Shown piece after piece: positions 45,801 to 60,500 of a stretch of 64,000 nucleotides of DNA; position 1 is the stretch's first letter, and each line of letters starts with the position of its first letter. The notes beneath the pieces are model-generated. The model saw only the letters and a list, made by a program, of their open reading frames with translations. It was not told the origin of the DNA and did no database searches. The DNA is from Balanoglossus misakiensis (taxonomy: Eukaryota; Animalia; Hemichordata). The stretch spans positions 18,370,728-18,434,727 of the forward strand of contig CM082578.2 in NCBI GenBank assembly GCA_040954595.2. The letters run 5' to 3'. A program made the position numbers and the translations under genes.

Positions 45801-47600
45801 GTGCATACAAATGGATTAAACCACAAAAAAGTCATGTCGGATAGGAAGATATTTGCTGGGTGTGAGTTCTGGGATGAGGTTGTTTGAGCTATCCGACGAC
45901 AGAAAGCTATGTTGCAAATTGCAAGAATGTTGGACATGGCTGCGGCGGTAACAGGGTTGTCAAGTAAGAGGCAGCAGACAGCCGTGTGTGTATGTCTGAT
46001 GCTGTTTTACATGAAGTCACTTGTCAAAATATGATGCAGGGGGGAATTGGCTGGTACGTCTGATTGTGATAATACGAGGCATCAATCCAATGCATGTGTT
46101 AATGCCATCGGCAATTTCAGTTGTTTAATCTTTTCTTTTTCTGGTCGGAAACTGTTGAGGCCCGCATTGAAGATTTTCCTTAACATTTTAAGATCTCTGA
46201 AGGGCCACAGTTCATCAGTATTGACGCAGAGCTGGGGGTTATACAGCTGTACACATTGCAAGTGGAATGAGGGGCACCCTTGAAGAAGAGGAATGTATGT
46301 GTAGCTGAGGCATTGCTGGCATTCCAAGTGCAAATACCTAAAATATAACATCTGTACAGCTGTTGTTCATGTTCATGGCCATGCAGTGATAATTCCTACA
46401 CGTGTCCCCCACGCTGTCAAGAAATCTGTTTTCTGATTTATTTGCTTCTGTTTAAGTAGACTGTAAAATGATATGTAAAGAGTAGTCGTGTTATACATTA
46501 TTTTTACTGTAATTCCAATTTAAAACAAAAAACAGCATATCAAACATGCAAGGCCTGTCGTTTAACCAGATCGTTTTTCTCCAAAATGGAAAAATGGGGA
46601 CATCGTAAATTGTTTGCTGGACTGTTAGTTAATACGTGAATGGATTCTGTTTTATAATGAGGGGAAGTTGTGATGTTCTTTGAATGAGAACTTCGCTTAT
46701 GAAATCTATGTGGTGTTAATTGATTGGGTTTAATTTCATGGACAAGGTGACCAGTCCGATTTGATCGAATTCCCTGTGCTGTGTTTTAGACAGCCATTTG
46801 CAGCAATGAAATTATCAAAAAATCTGATTTAATTAGCAAAATGGAAATGTAAGCTGTGGCTCTCACTTGTGTATGCGGTACATGAAGTAATCCCCTTGCC
46901 ATCTTATTTCCTGATTCTCCGGATTCGCTTCAAGTTCAACATGTAATAAATAGAATGGGGGGGGGGGGGAATAAATGAGAGAGAAAAAACTCTGATAAAT
47001 CAACACGGTTTTGCCAGGGCACGGCACAACAGGAACTGTTGAACTACCCTGGTGGCCATCTGGGACTGTCTGGCTTGTGTACTTAGGTCCGCCCTGCAGA
47101 GCAACGGAGAAAGGAAAGTAGAAGTAATCAAATTAAGCGCCTGAAAAGAAAAGTGTTTTTAATCAGACGCTACCTTTAAAACTGGTCCCCTCTATTCATT
47201 CCACAGGAGGGGGAGGTGCTGTCTTGTGATGGGATATCTAATTTATATTCAGTATACTTTAGAGAGTTGCGTGCACTGATCATATGCTAGATGTGTTCGT
47301 CTACTTTTGCAGCTTTGCACTAGCTAATGCCATATTGTGTGCAGGCAGGTAATTTCTTTAGTGTGTCGTGCGCACAATGACCAACATGATCCCAGTTCCC
47401 TGGTCACATGTGTACATGTCCAACACCTCAACATGTGTCACTGTCACTGTCAGTGTACAGAATAACACATAGGTTGTAATGCCAGCTGAAGCAGTTTCTT
47501 CATCATCAGTCGTCTGCATGGCTGCAAGTCCATCCTCCTGTCGCGTAAAACAATCTGTGCAGAAATTCCTTACAGGCAAATTTATGCACTTTTCTCAGTA

Positions 47601-47691
47601 TTAACCCTTCACCACCATGGTTCAGTCCAAACCCATTGTTTTCTATGGAAATGTTAGGCCTCTAAAGAGGGAAATGGGGGTGAAAGACTAA
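47601..47691 (+). mobile_element. TTAA MITE copy
   Basis: ttaacccttcaccaccatggttc...gggggtgaaag. Confidence 0.72.
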
Positions 47692-49004
47692 ACATTTATT
47701 GTGATGAGCTACTGTGATTTGACGTCTGTACCGGTAGAAGTCCTGTAGAAATAATCTGAAATATGGTGACTGGTTGGTCACTCCTTTAAAAGGGGCAAAC
47801 GCAATTTTTTGTGTTTTTAAAGGAATGAGAAACCATTTTTAAAGGAATGAGAAACCCTGTGTTTGCATATAAGCTCCCAAATTTTACATACATATTTGTT
47901 CAGTAATAAATATAACCGTATAAATATATGAGGTTGCAATGTGCCTTTGTTGTAAATTGCTTACTTGATGGGTTGATTTTTTACAGTGTGGTTTATCGTA
48001 GACATTTTATGATACTAGCTCTGGATTTGAGCAAATCTTGATATGAGATTCGGAGATATAGAGGAGGAGACGGAGAGAGGAAAGATTCTTTCTCCATCTT
48101 GAAAATAGCTGCCTCCCCGGGTGATTCACTCACCATGTTGATGTGATTGGTATTTCCAGCTTTTGTCGTTCAGAAGACAAAGGTCCAGAAATATGACTTT
48201 CTGGTGCTGATTGCATTTTTTATGACTGGTACATTTTATATTGTGTAACAGGTTTGGATTTAAGCTGTATTTATCTCGCACGCGATTTTTGTGGATGTTT
48301 TTAGTGACATCTTTGACATTTAAGTAAGATGGGCCTGCCCAGGAATCATAACTTGATCACTTTCGCTACGTGAAGCATCGTTTGTTCCCTCGACATGACA
48401 ACAGAAGTCATGACCGCCACGCCACGTCCATGGTTTATTAATGAGCTAAGCTAATCAAAATGTTTGATTTTGTGAATGTATAATCATACATGCATTAATA
48501 TGTCTATAAATTTCTACTCGGGATAATTCAAATCAGTTCAATTTAATTCACATGGGAGAGAAAGGTTTTGTAGATTATAATTTTTCTTGCTGACAGACAG
48601 ATGACGATTTGAAAATGCATTGTGTATGTTTAACTTAAGTCACGAAACCACCTCCTTTTCCATGAAGAAGGTTGGGTGTTATCCACCTCCTGTTTTCCAT
48701 GAATATGTTGTAGAACCTCCTCTTTGAAAATCAAGGTCTTCGTTAAAACACATCTGTATGGGCACTTCCCTGAAAGTTCACGCATCAGTGTTAGGGTTAG
48801 GTTATGGCTGTCAGAAGGCAAATCCTTCTCAAGGTCAGTTTTATATGAAGGTCACTCCGGGAATCTAGAAAGTGTATTTTTCCTTGATATTCATATGTAT
48901 ATAGTATTCTGTCTGCATTTTAATACCAGCAGGTGTGCAATTTTAAGGATCCCAGTGGTCATGTGGACACAAATGTAAATCTAGAGAATCGTTAATGGTA
49001 ATCA

Positions 49005-49078
49005 ACTTTGACTAATATCCTGACCTCTGGAGGGGAGGGGGGAGTCACGAGTGTCTCTATGTCTGAACTGTCTGTCCA

Positions 49079-49111
<33 letters not shown>

Positions 49112-49225
49112 CTGGTAAACAAACCCACAGACATACAGAAACAATATTTACTCTTCAATCATGTGACTTTGGGATGTTGTAACGATAGCTTCTTGGCTAA
49201 ATGGGGAGGGGGCATGCTCCTCATT
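49005..49225 (+). mobile_element. Helentron/DINE-1-like non-autonomous element
   Basis: (GTCT/GTCC)n tract at about 49067-49114 and a short 3' stem-loop gagggggcatgctcctc at 49206-49222; family call is inferred from layout only. Confidence 0.4.
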
Positions 49226-52200
49226 AAAAGCAGCCCTACTCGTTGAGAAATATTGCAACCTTGTTCACTTCAGAAAAATATCAGAGAGGCCATGATAGGT
49301 ATACATATAAATTTACCGGTACTGCACTGCACTGCCTGTACACATTTCAGCATCTACATACATGTTGCCTTCAAGAGCTGACTGCCATAGACATCAACGG
49401 TCACCAAGATACTGCAGAGGTGATAACTTTTATTTTTAAGAGTTGTCACAGCTCGTATAGAAGTATTGAACTGTGGAGAGGGTTATGCCAGGCCTATCAA
49501 GGTTGATAAATTCTCGAAATCACATTAAATTGATTGAGCCAAATTATGTTTCAAAATCGATGGTTGCATGTTTGCGTCTTTCTGAAGTTCATTCTTTTAA
49601 CAGGATTATTGAGAATTTTTCATGGTTGATCTTGAACATGCTGTCACACAGTATATCCACCAAACTGTCACAGCAACTGTCTAGAGTCTAGCTCAATTAC
49701 CGGTAGTACATGTGCATGTAAGCTTAGTCTTACATGTACAGTTCCCACTGTTCAGGCGCTGTCTTTATCATTTCTCCCTCTCTTCTTATCTACCAACAAA
49801 TCATGACATGTTGATGTGACGAGTTTCAGGTTGTCATGGTAACTCCCCAGCTGCCTTGCACATTTTGCTTTTTATGCATTCTATAATATGGACACGTCCA
49901 AAAACAGCCATCGCATATTTGTGAATTTCAATCTTAACAGCAGTGGAAATGTACACCATGGTATGGAATGAGAGAATTTATTGTGAATGTATCAGGTTTT
50001 GTCAAACCATCTATACATACAGTGCCCCACAATTGTGCTACTAGTTTTCAAATGGGGCCCCATTGATTTCATAATTTAATAAAAGAATTCAGAATGTTGT
50101 ATCTACCGAACAGTTTAAACCCCGAGGAAAGCCTGTAATCTGTTAATTGGCAGCTGGCTAATGATATTAATGTGTTGCTGAGTAACGGATGGAAAAAAAT
50201 CCTAATTCATGGATGCATCTTGTTTCATGACACTCCCGAGTCTATGGCGGAATTTATTGCAGTCCACCTATAATGTACTTTCATTCAATGTTCATTGAAT
50301 TAAAAAATATAAAACTTTGTACACACATCTGGGGGTCACTCAGAAGCCACAAGATAGGAAGTTTTGAGAATTGATGGGTTTTCATGTATTTCCCAAATTG
50401 ATATGCATCTTTTAAATGGAAATAATGATTTTTGCTTTGGGGCAGATATTGAACAGATGTCTCCCTGTCTCAGAGCCAATGACGTCATCTTCACCCTGTT
50501 GGGCCAGGAAAGTTGTTTCTCATTAAGGTCCATAGGGGTGAAAAATGAACTAAACCAACATGAGACCATCCAGGGAAGCTTTTAAATGTATTGATGTGGT
50601 CAGTGACACCAGATGTTACATCGAGCGAGTGAAAAAAAATGTGTGCTGAATCAAGAGTTTTAGTTATGCTCGTTCCTGGGTAACCGCTTCACAAGTAAGA
50701 TTACAATTTTTACGCCTGTGTTATTTTTATTCAACACTTGCTGTCTGGGGTTATAGTTGTAAGAAACATGGTCTTATTATTGTGGTCTTATTGAGTATTT
50801 GATTCAAACACACACAAAAAATTGCCAACAGTCTGAAGGTGTTTGTAATGTAAACTATACACATGAATTTCTTATTGTATCTCTGTGCATTGTGATTGTG
50901 GGGAGTGTGATTCAACTATGTTGGGTAAAAAAATTGCGTATGGTTCCACAAAGAAATTCATTCTAAAACCAGATTAGATTCCTGTATTCAGTACTGAAAT
51001 AATAGTCTTCCCGTACAGGATTATTAAAATTAAATTCAGTGTTTGCGTGTAGAAGCAACGTATAGATTGTTGGTTGGTTACTGCAGTTGGTTGCATGAAT
51101 GGATGCATGCGTGCATGCAAGAATGGACAGATGTGTACATGAACTACTACATGTATGTTTATGTATGTGTATGTGTGTATGTAATGTACGGGTAGCTGGA
51201 GAAACGATAGGCAGTATAATCTCTACAATGTTGTTACGCGAGTCGCTGGACTCGCACATCAGGAGACTTTACTTTTAAAAGTTTTGTCTTCTGATCCAAT
51301 ACGGCTGCTGTGTGGACATTTTGTTTTTATTTTTCCATGTCCGCAGTTACAGTTGAGTGGCGCATGCTTTCATTGGTACGACTAGGATGTTTTGATCAAG
51401 TTGATGTTCTTCATTTTGCAACGATTCAATAAAAAAAGTTGACAAGGGATACATGTATAAATGTGTACATACATGAACATGTATTGATCTCTGGCTCTAT
51501 AACATCAATGTCACAGACATTTGTCATGTTCTCTGGAGGGTCATAATACCAAGCAGAGCTAATTGTAAGGTTTTAGGGGAAGCCGATACATGCATATGTA
51601 CCAGTATTGGTTTCATTGCTTATAAAACAACAACAGTATCACTTGTGTGGGCGGATGGATGGCTAATGACGCACAGAAACTAGTCATTTCCTGGGAGACT
51701 GTACTTTGCCAGAAGTGGGTTTGGTTTCATCTGCCTTGAAAAATGATAAAAAAGGGAAGGGATGTGAAACACTTTTCCTCTTTAGTAGACTTCACCTTTC
51801 CCAATAAAGTTTAGCACAAACATGACATATTTATGTAATGTCATTACAAAATTGATTTGGCATACAATGTTTGGCAAGGGAGTTGCATCTGAGATGTTGT
51901 TTGATTTGTTGTTGTGGATGAGTATTTGGTGTGTATACATGCACACTGTGTACTTGACAACTAGTGGTTAGATAGTTGTCAATCAGTCACCATCTCAGAC
52001 TCAAGTGGAAATTTGTTGTGACTTCATACTGACTTCATTACTCCCCCCCCCCCTACACACATTCGTTTACATGTACAATGCATTTTGTATCCAGCCTTTG
52101 TAGCATAATTATTTCAATAGAGCGTAATTTGAAAATGTCCGTCAAATAACTTTGAAGTTGTTTTGGCTATGTGTATCCAGTTATATATGTCAAGTCGGGA

Positions 52201-54349
52201 GATAGTGATACAAAACCTAGCCAGAGCAGACCAGGCTGCTTCGGTGCACCCAACGTAGTTTCAAAAGGTACACAAGCTACAGATCTCATGTGTGTGTGTG
52301 TGTACATTGCTGTGTAGTACCGTTATACGATTCATACTGTGATGATCTGGTGACCTTTGAATCTTTCAGCATTATTCGCAAGTCCTGATATATTGTTGGC
52401 AATTGTTTCCCAACAACTTGGGGATCAATGGCTGAGTGGTTTCACAGGTACTTGTAGGTGTGGTCTATGAAAACAGGTGTTTATTGAGAAACTGTATTGT
52501 GTGAGTTTCTACTCTTTGCATCTTGTTGTATACTATACTTTCAGTACACACAAAACTGACAAATTCTATAGGTCAGTTAGTTGTTAAAGAGCCCAGTGGA
52601 CTAAAAATAGTAAAAATACTATGCCCATTTTTTCAGTGTGTATTGTTCTGGGAATCAAATGCCATTTCTTGTTTAGCCAAGCGTAAGCAAGCTCTGTCAA
52701 CACAACCTTGAATTCTTACAACCTTTAATTGATTTTTCTGTTTCACGCTAGGGGGTCAAATCAACATAAAAATTGCATTGTGGGTAAAAAAGTTGACAAC
52801 TCACTGAGATACTTATGTGTTTTGTTTTATGCACATCATGACTTCTTTTTTATATATGTAAAATTTTTCACACTTACTTTTCTGCTGCAGAATTTCAGTA
52901 GCTTCCATTTGTTCAACATGGCAGTAATCCGCTATCTTGAAATTCTGGCCACCACATACATGTAAGATGGTTGCAAAAACTGAATCAGATGTATACTCAA
53001 CTTTTAAGGATGTGGGAATGTGAATCCAGACTCACATTTGTCAGTATTATGACATGTCCTTCACCTTAGCTGTGTGACCTTGGCACTGATTTGTCATCAT
53101 ACGCCTTCTACTACGGTTATCATCTAAGCATCCCGAAACACTGATAAGAACTCCAATATAATTAGCCAGAGTAAACTGAGATTTCATTTAGTAGTACATG
53201 ACTACAGGTTTTTATTGTTATTTGCACCATGCTGATTTTATGTACATGTAGGTGAGGTCACCAGAAGGACTTGCTTGGTGTGATTGATTTATATGGTTCT
53301 GCAGCATGGCAAGGCACCCATTGCCACTGTATGCATGTCAAGCAAACTTTTCAATCAAGTTCTTTGGTGATTTACATTACCATTGTAATCTATACAAATG
53401 TACATGTAGGCAATTGACCGTGGTTGTCAAAGTGACATAAATGCAAGCGAAAGCTTGCTTGGGGAGGAAAGGAGGGAAATTTATTGCCATTATCCAGTTA
53501 TAGTCTAGTCAACAGTTCAAGTCCCAATGTAACTATTTGCACAGGAATGAACTAAAATAAACTCCCAACTTCCAAGAGCAGGACGAGGTTGATAAGGTCA
53601 GGCAGGTGTGCGGATACTCCAAGATTCCCAAGCTACTTCTCGGTCGGCATTTCAGTATACCAAGGTTATCTTTCAAACTAGGCATTCCAAGTATCAAGGA
53701 CTTGCAGTAAAAGTGCCTTGTATCAATGGCACTATTTTTCCTGCAGTCTCCAGCTGTCTGATGTCGCCATGAAAAAGAATCATCTGCTTCTTGATTATAT
53801 AAAGCATGGACTGCATCATTTGTGGCTAAAGTGTTTGTTGAATTCTTTGTTGGAGGTTCGTCGTTACCCAGAGAGACTTCTCAAAAATAAAACGACATGC
53901 AATTTGCAGGTTCTTCTCTTTGATGGTTTTCTTTATTGAATTGATTTATGTTCCTGTCCTCTGTGTGCAAACGTGCAGTTTGTCATGTAGCAGTCCACAA
54001 GATAACTATTAATAGTACCCCAACCAAGTCACTATTCTCTCTCCAAACAAATTCTCACTAAGACAGAAATGACAGGTATGGTTTTTTGCCTCACCTTGAA
54101 ATTAAATTTACTGTAGCCAGTACTTTGGTAAAACAGGCATAAAACATGAAATAAATACTGTGAATGGCTCCAGGGTATTAGAATGTTTGTTTTCAGACCC
54201 ATAAACAACAAAAATTACACCATTGTACTACACTACCCTTTACAGTTATATTTTAGACTGTAAGAGATTCACCTGTCTGTAAGTTGTTAGTAGTATGACA
54301 AACTTAGTGATAAGTGGTTAATAAATCATATGTAATGTTGGTGGTAGTG

Positions 54350-54437
54350 TAGTCCCGTGTCTAGCCGTATTTTATCCGCTTTGCTTTGCTTTAGTTTTGG
54401 AAGCAAAATGGACAATGTACGGCTAGATACTAGACTA
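54350..54437. mobile_element. Short foldback MITE
   Basis: tagtc...tctagccgta and tacggctaga...gacta inverted arms. Confidence 0.6.
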
Positions 54438-55192
54438 GTAGTACTTGTTGATGACGATGATGGTCATCATCGTCATCATCATCATCACTTCGTTAACAGT
54501 TTTTCAATCATTTAAAGACCAGCTCCTTATTACAATGTTTTCTTCCTCATAGAATTATCACCAGGTTTGTAAGAAATGGTGTAGATATTCCTCCATCGTG
54601 CATGTTTTCTCATTAACAGTTTGAAACACCTGTCTGAGTCCCATTGAGTACTTTGCCATGAGTTGCTACATTGTCAATTGCCAGACTTCTTGATCCTCAA
54701 TTATTCCAACAGGTTTCAGATTTGAATGGTGAAAATACAATGAGCTCACTCTGTCTGCATCTGTTCTCTGTTGTCGTCAGTGCACTTCAGTGTCTGAAAT
54801 GTAGACTCTTCACATGTTTATAATGACTAGGTACATTGTAGTGGGATAGCATCATGGTTCAGAGGATGTAGATAATAACAGTATGCTCTTGCAATTGTGT
54901 CGTTTTGAAAAGTAACTGCAACAAATAAACAAGTTTACTTTACAAGATAAAAATTACCAGGGGAGAATTGGCGAGAAAGCAGTCTCATGTATGCTTGGTA
55001 CAGCCACATATTAACATCTTGATAATGTATTGCTAAAGCTGCCTCCAGACCAGCTGTATATGTACTTTGCAACATCACGTAGTACACCCACAAGCAGATC
55101 CTGCCAGATATGTATATACGGTACATGTACACTGTGGAGTAATGACCCAGGTATTACAGTCATCTAAAGAATGCAAAATCAGTTGATATTTA

Positions 55193-55504
55193 AGCAATAA
55201 AACACCCCCAGCCATGGTATATCACGAGATTTTGACCAGTTCACGACATATACGCACGAGCGATAGCGAGTGCGTATATGGAGTTGAACTGGTCAAAATC
55301 GAGTGGTATACCATGGCTGGGGGTGTTTTATTGCTATTATATTATGCCAGTATATTGAAACTTTGCATAAAACATTTTAAAAAGGCATTTTCTTTAACTA
55401 TGATATATGACTGTGGTATATGGCTAATATATCACGGTCACGTGTCGTGTCTCGACCAATCAAATAGCGTGATTTACACCATCAATATACTGGTATAATA
55501 TAAT
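55193..55504 (+). mobile_element. Non-autonomous palindromic element, copy C
   Basis: 143-bp palindrome 55193-55335 directly followed by inverted repeats 55336-55358 and 55482-55504 (22/23). Confidence 0.85.
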
Positions 55505-57431
55505 TTCCAATATATGTAACAGACACATAAAAGGAGGGAAATAGACCCCATTTGAATTTACAACTGCGAATTCATGTAATCGTGATGAATGGCTTGCCAT
55601 GGGACATATTCCTGGGTCACTTTACCTCCACTGATGCTGGATGACAATAAAATGCCTGCAATTTTCAAAGTAAATTAAATAGTGATGGCTTTGCATGCAA
55701 AGTTACATTGACAGCATTTTAATATCTGCCGCGACGCGATGCCGACCTGGGTAGTTTGGCGTAATTACCATAGTGCAATTTGAGTGTGAGCTAGGGGGTC
55801 ACAATGGATGTTTTATTTTTACCTGTGTGTGTATGTTGACATATCTTGTTTGGAAAGTCCTACTTACGTTGTCGCTTTCGCTGGATCAATCAAGCCAGTA
55901 ACTGTGACCCGCTGCGGTTTGCAGTTTCATAACTTCAGCGTTTCCCCAATGGAAAACATGCCCACCATTGTGGTTTGTTGACATTTCCGAACGGGCAAAA
56001 ATAATCAGAGGGTGAGGATCGAGGTAAGGTTGAGTGACAGTTTATGTGGGTGTGTATACTGTGTATGTGTATGCATTTTTATTGTGCCTTCCCCGTATTG
56101 ATCGGCTGATCACAAGCCAACAATACTGCGTCAACAAAAGCCCAGTGAGACATGCCTTCTTCATGAACTGCAGTTATCTTGTCAGTGACAACACGGCCAC
56201 TGTCAGTTAAACGTAAAATTATTGACATTTTACCCCGCACACCAGTTAATTATATTTCCTTGATTAATCTGGCATAATAGTTCATTTTGTGATCCTCATT
56301 AGAGGACAAAGCCAGCTAGCTGTTCATTCTTGCTTGATTTGATCACAGCAATTAAAAATTAATTATTCTGCCATGCCCATGGAGTATAAATCTGACATTC
56401 ATTATGGCCTTTTCAATGATATATTGTTACAAAAATATCACGTACATGTATTACCTTTCTTTCCCCCTGTCTGAGGAACCTGGAAGCCCAAGTTGAGTGG
56501 CTGTCACACACAAAAAAACCTCTGACATTCGAACGGATTAGGAAGAGATCAAACTATTTAGAGAAAGAAAATTGGGCAGACTGTCTTTCAGAAACTGATT
56601 CATTGTGAAACCATGGAGTCAGTGATGTTTATAATCCTTGTGGGTGACCTTACCCCCTTTATTGGCTTTCTCTTGACAGTTTGTCAGAGGTCAGAGGTCA
56701 AAAGAGGGAGCAACCAGAAAGCATTAAATGATAAACATGTCCAGGTGCATTTGTTTTATGTGATAACTGCAGTGATATGACTTAGTTGTAATTGCAGATG
56801 TATAAATCAGGGAATCAGGGATTTTAAAGAGCAGTTTGATTGGGGAAACAGAAAATAATCCTCTTAAATCATTTACCTTTTTGAGATGAAATCTAGAAAT
56901 AGAAACTTGTTTTGCAAATAATGTAGTCTTGTTTCCCCCTGAAGGTATCACAATTTTTTTTCAGCCAAGGACCAATGGTTGCCGATTTGAGTCTGGGAGT
57001 TTCATTGTTCATTTTCCTAATGATTTTATTAGTCTGTGTATTTTAAAGTCTTTGCTGATTTGTTGTTGTGGAATTTGATTTCATCAATGTTGTGATATTG
57101 CTACTGTTCTATATGTCACCTTTTCAACCAGATCACAGTACGCGATGATCCCTGCAAACAGTTGGGATATGCTACGCTGCTAGTGTATGTTGTGGTGAAA
57201 AGGTCAGCGCTTTGATTTCTTTATGGCACATTTTCTTTTAAGATGTAGTCACCATGCTGATATTAAAATACAGATACTGCATTACATTTTATCTGTTGTC
57301 TTTGCGGATCAGTTGCATACGTTGATATAGTATATATGTAATTTTTCCCATCAAGCAAGGCGTGCTACGCAATATTCAATGTGGCAGACTCATTGCGAGA
57401 CTGAGAATAAGAACTTGTACCTGATTAACCT

Positions 57432-57529
57432 TTAACCCCTTCACCACCATGGTCCAGTTAGTCCAAAACAATTATTTTCTATGGGAAGGTTGGACCTCTA
57501 CAGAGGGAACTGATTGGTGAAAGGGTGAA
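57432..57529 (+). mobile_element. TTAA MITE copy
   Basis: ttaaccccttcaccaccatgg...ggacctctacagagggaact...ggtgaaaggg. Confidence 0.72.
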
Positions 57530-60500
57530 ACCCATCTGTTGTGCAGTTCTGCCACAAACCCTAGCAGCATCGGCGCTGCAAGCAGTTCCTGACACAACAC
57601 ACCAACAGCACAGGTGGCACGCATGAAAAAGTGAAAACTCTGATTTATGCTTGGCACCTCCTTGACGATTCTCAGCACTGGCCAATTGGATGCGTCCGAT
57701 ATTGATTAGCCCTGATGAAATTGATTGTTATCCTTTGAGACTCAGGTCAGGTGTGTCGTAAATTCCAATAACAAAAGGTCTACAAATGAGTTGTAAGTGC
57801 AAGATGCAGCAGTATGAAAAACACTGTACAAAGACGCTGAATGTCAAACTCGTCACTACTGTATTAAAGAGGAACAAAAAAAATGAATACAATTTCAGTG
57901 TCATATGCAGACGCTGTTAAGTGGACTTGCTATGACTAAAGACAATCATCTAGTTCTTTTACGAGACTGGCTGGCTACTTGAAAAGATGCACTGAGGTCG
58001 AGATGAGATTGTGATAGACTTGCTGATAATGAAGGACACGTTTGCCATGAAATTCAGCGAATGAAACCTTTGACAGCCTGGAGGAACAGTTATATAACAT
58101 CATATTTGATATTACTCCCACCGACTGCATTAGATAATGATATTCAAATAGCCTGCATGTGTGCTTTGAACTGCCAACTGCCACCGGCGGTGCTGTGATT
58201 AACCCAGGTATGTATTGGAGAACTGTTCTGTAAACACACCTCCCTGTCAATTTTGATTATTTGATGATCGCTTTGGAATGAAAGGAGGCTGATGATGGGT
58301 GGGGTTAGGTTTTGGATTTTACGTGAAATTGTAAATGAGCATCAATTCATATATGTAATGCACCTTTTTTCGCGCTAAACAGTATTCAGTCACACTCCAT
58401 GTATATTTCATAGTGGGTGGGGATTGATAAAATAGATATGCTGCTTCCGTACCTACATGTACTCACATGCACATTCTGTGAAAATGGCTTTCTTCTTTCA
58501 ACTGTTGCTACAATGTAATTACCACCATGTCTGTCTCAAGAATCTGGATTTCCAGATCGCAGTAGATTCAGGTGTGGTGATTTTTTTTAGTCCAGCCCAC
58601 ATTTTGTGCTTGGTACACACAATAGCAGACAAATTTCCAAAGACAGTTGTATAAATTGTAATGGTGCATATAGCATAAAATACATGTGTGTGATAATTTT
58701 ACCCTTTGCTACTTCTTGGCCCCAAATCCAACTTTAGTGTTCTATGCTGCATAGCTGAACCATAGATTTGTACCACAATGACAGAATACATGTGCTTACC
58801 ATGAATTTTATTGGTCAGGACTTTCAATTATATATTTCAACTTGTCTTCCTGTTTCACAATATGTTCATGGTGTAGACATCAAAACTAGGGGCGTGTGCA
58901 TTTTGGTCAAATATACTGGCTTGGTTTAATTTAATGACTTACCCTGATAGCTGAAAATTTTAAGGTATAGCTTCTTCCTTTTTTGTAAATATTAGAAAGT
59001 CTAACACGATTTATGTTTTTTCCCCTGATCATTCAATAGCATGGGCGTTTGGTTGGTTGCTTAACTTTTGACATGCATGGGGGGGGGGGGGGGGGGGGGT
59101 TAAACAGTGTTTTGTATATTCTTGCTGTATCACTACAGGTGTTTTAGCGTGAAAATACTTCTGGCGTGACTAAACTGCAGTGACCCTAGTGTGTATACTT
59201 TACACAGTGTCTTGGCTTGTGTACGAGATTTGTTGACAGAGCTCAACTCCCAATCCCCATTGAGAATGTATCCAAACAGATACTGTGATATAAATGCAGG
59301 TCTCTAAATGCATCGAAATATAAGTACCATCAAGATTAAATATATGACTGGTTTATCCTTGATGCCACACTGCAAAATAGCAACTCGGTTACGGTTAAGC
59401 CGTGGTCTGTCCTTATGGTTAATGGTCTATTGGTTGTCCGTGGCAATTGAAACACATCTGCATGGTGCTGTAACCTGTAGATTGGGATGAGTTGAAAGGA
59501 TGAATGGAGAGCCAACAGAGCAGGACTAAAATGGCCATGACTTGATTTTTATGGGACACTCTATGGTGTGTGTACCCGGTCATCTCGAACCCTTTTGAAA
59601 TAAAACAGAAACTCTGACCTAGCTGTACTTCCTTTTGACTTCCATTTTGCGTGTATGCGGAAGTGGTGTAGTTACATCTACCCTGGTTTCTCTTGAAATA
59701 ATGACGGAGGATATTGAACTGAGATAGGCAGTGTATTCTTTGTTCAGCTTCACATGTATTCATCAACAATACTGGTGGGTAGAATGTACGCTGTTTATGA
59801 AATGATAATATATTTACATTCAATAATGAATTGAAATATTTGCCTTTATATCATTTGGACACTTGGACAAAAATACATGTAGTAATGTTTTGATTTGTTT
59901 CATGGTTAGTGCTGTCCCAGTCTTGAATTTGGGGAAAAGTCAAGTTAGTGTATACGATCATAATAAGCAGTCTTCTTCAAAGTAGGCCAGTCATTAGAAT
60001 CCTTTTCTACATGTATTATACTCTGAAGTTGTGATACCCAGTGCTGTTTCAAATGTGAAAGATTCAGCTGGTTTTCATGCCAGGACTCTCATGCAAAATG
60101 TACGTTACTATGACAACCTGGCATAGCACGTTAAATACTTGGCCATTCAGTTTCTGTAACATTTCATTTGAATGGGCAACACTTTCTATTTTAGAGCTGG
60201 TGGCCTTCTGAGGTGCCATGGTAAAAACACGTTCTCAGTGATCTTGGTAGCAAATTTTTTTTATGATTTTCATGCCACTGTTCAGTTACTCTTTCAGTGT
60301 TGTATTCTTGCATTTTATTTGCATAATTTAAATGATGTGTATGATAATGTCATGAAAAATTTTAAAAGCAGCCCTTGTAGGAATAATATTGTTAATTTTT
60401 TTTAAATAATACATGTAATTCTTTACTTACTTGTTATGGCTATATTGAATCCTGTGATGACCAAAATTTTAGTCCAACCAAGAAACTATATAAGGGTGCT

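Noticed and set aside
10171-47857. Short tandem duplications (13 bp at 10171, 16 bp at 11280, 22 bp at about 47814)
   Set aside because: Two-copy slippage duplications; not arrays and not CRISPR-like
48788-48806. TTAGGG/GGTTA telomere-like units (also CCCTAA-like at about 19690)
   Set aside because: Only 2-3 degenerate units, probably internal to interspersed repeats; not an interstitial telomere
52339-52388. GTGATGA...CTGA box C/D-like pair
   Set aside because: Too short (about 50 nt), with no clear terminal stem or guide
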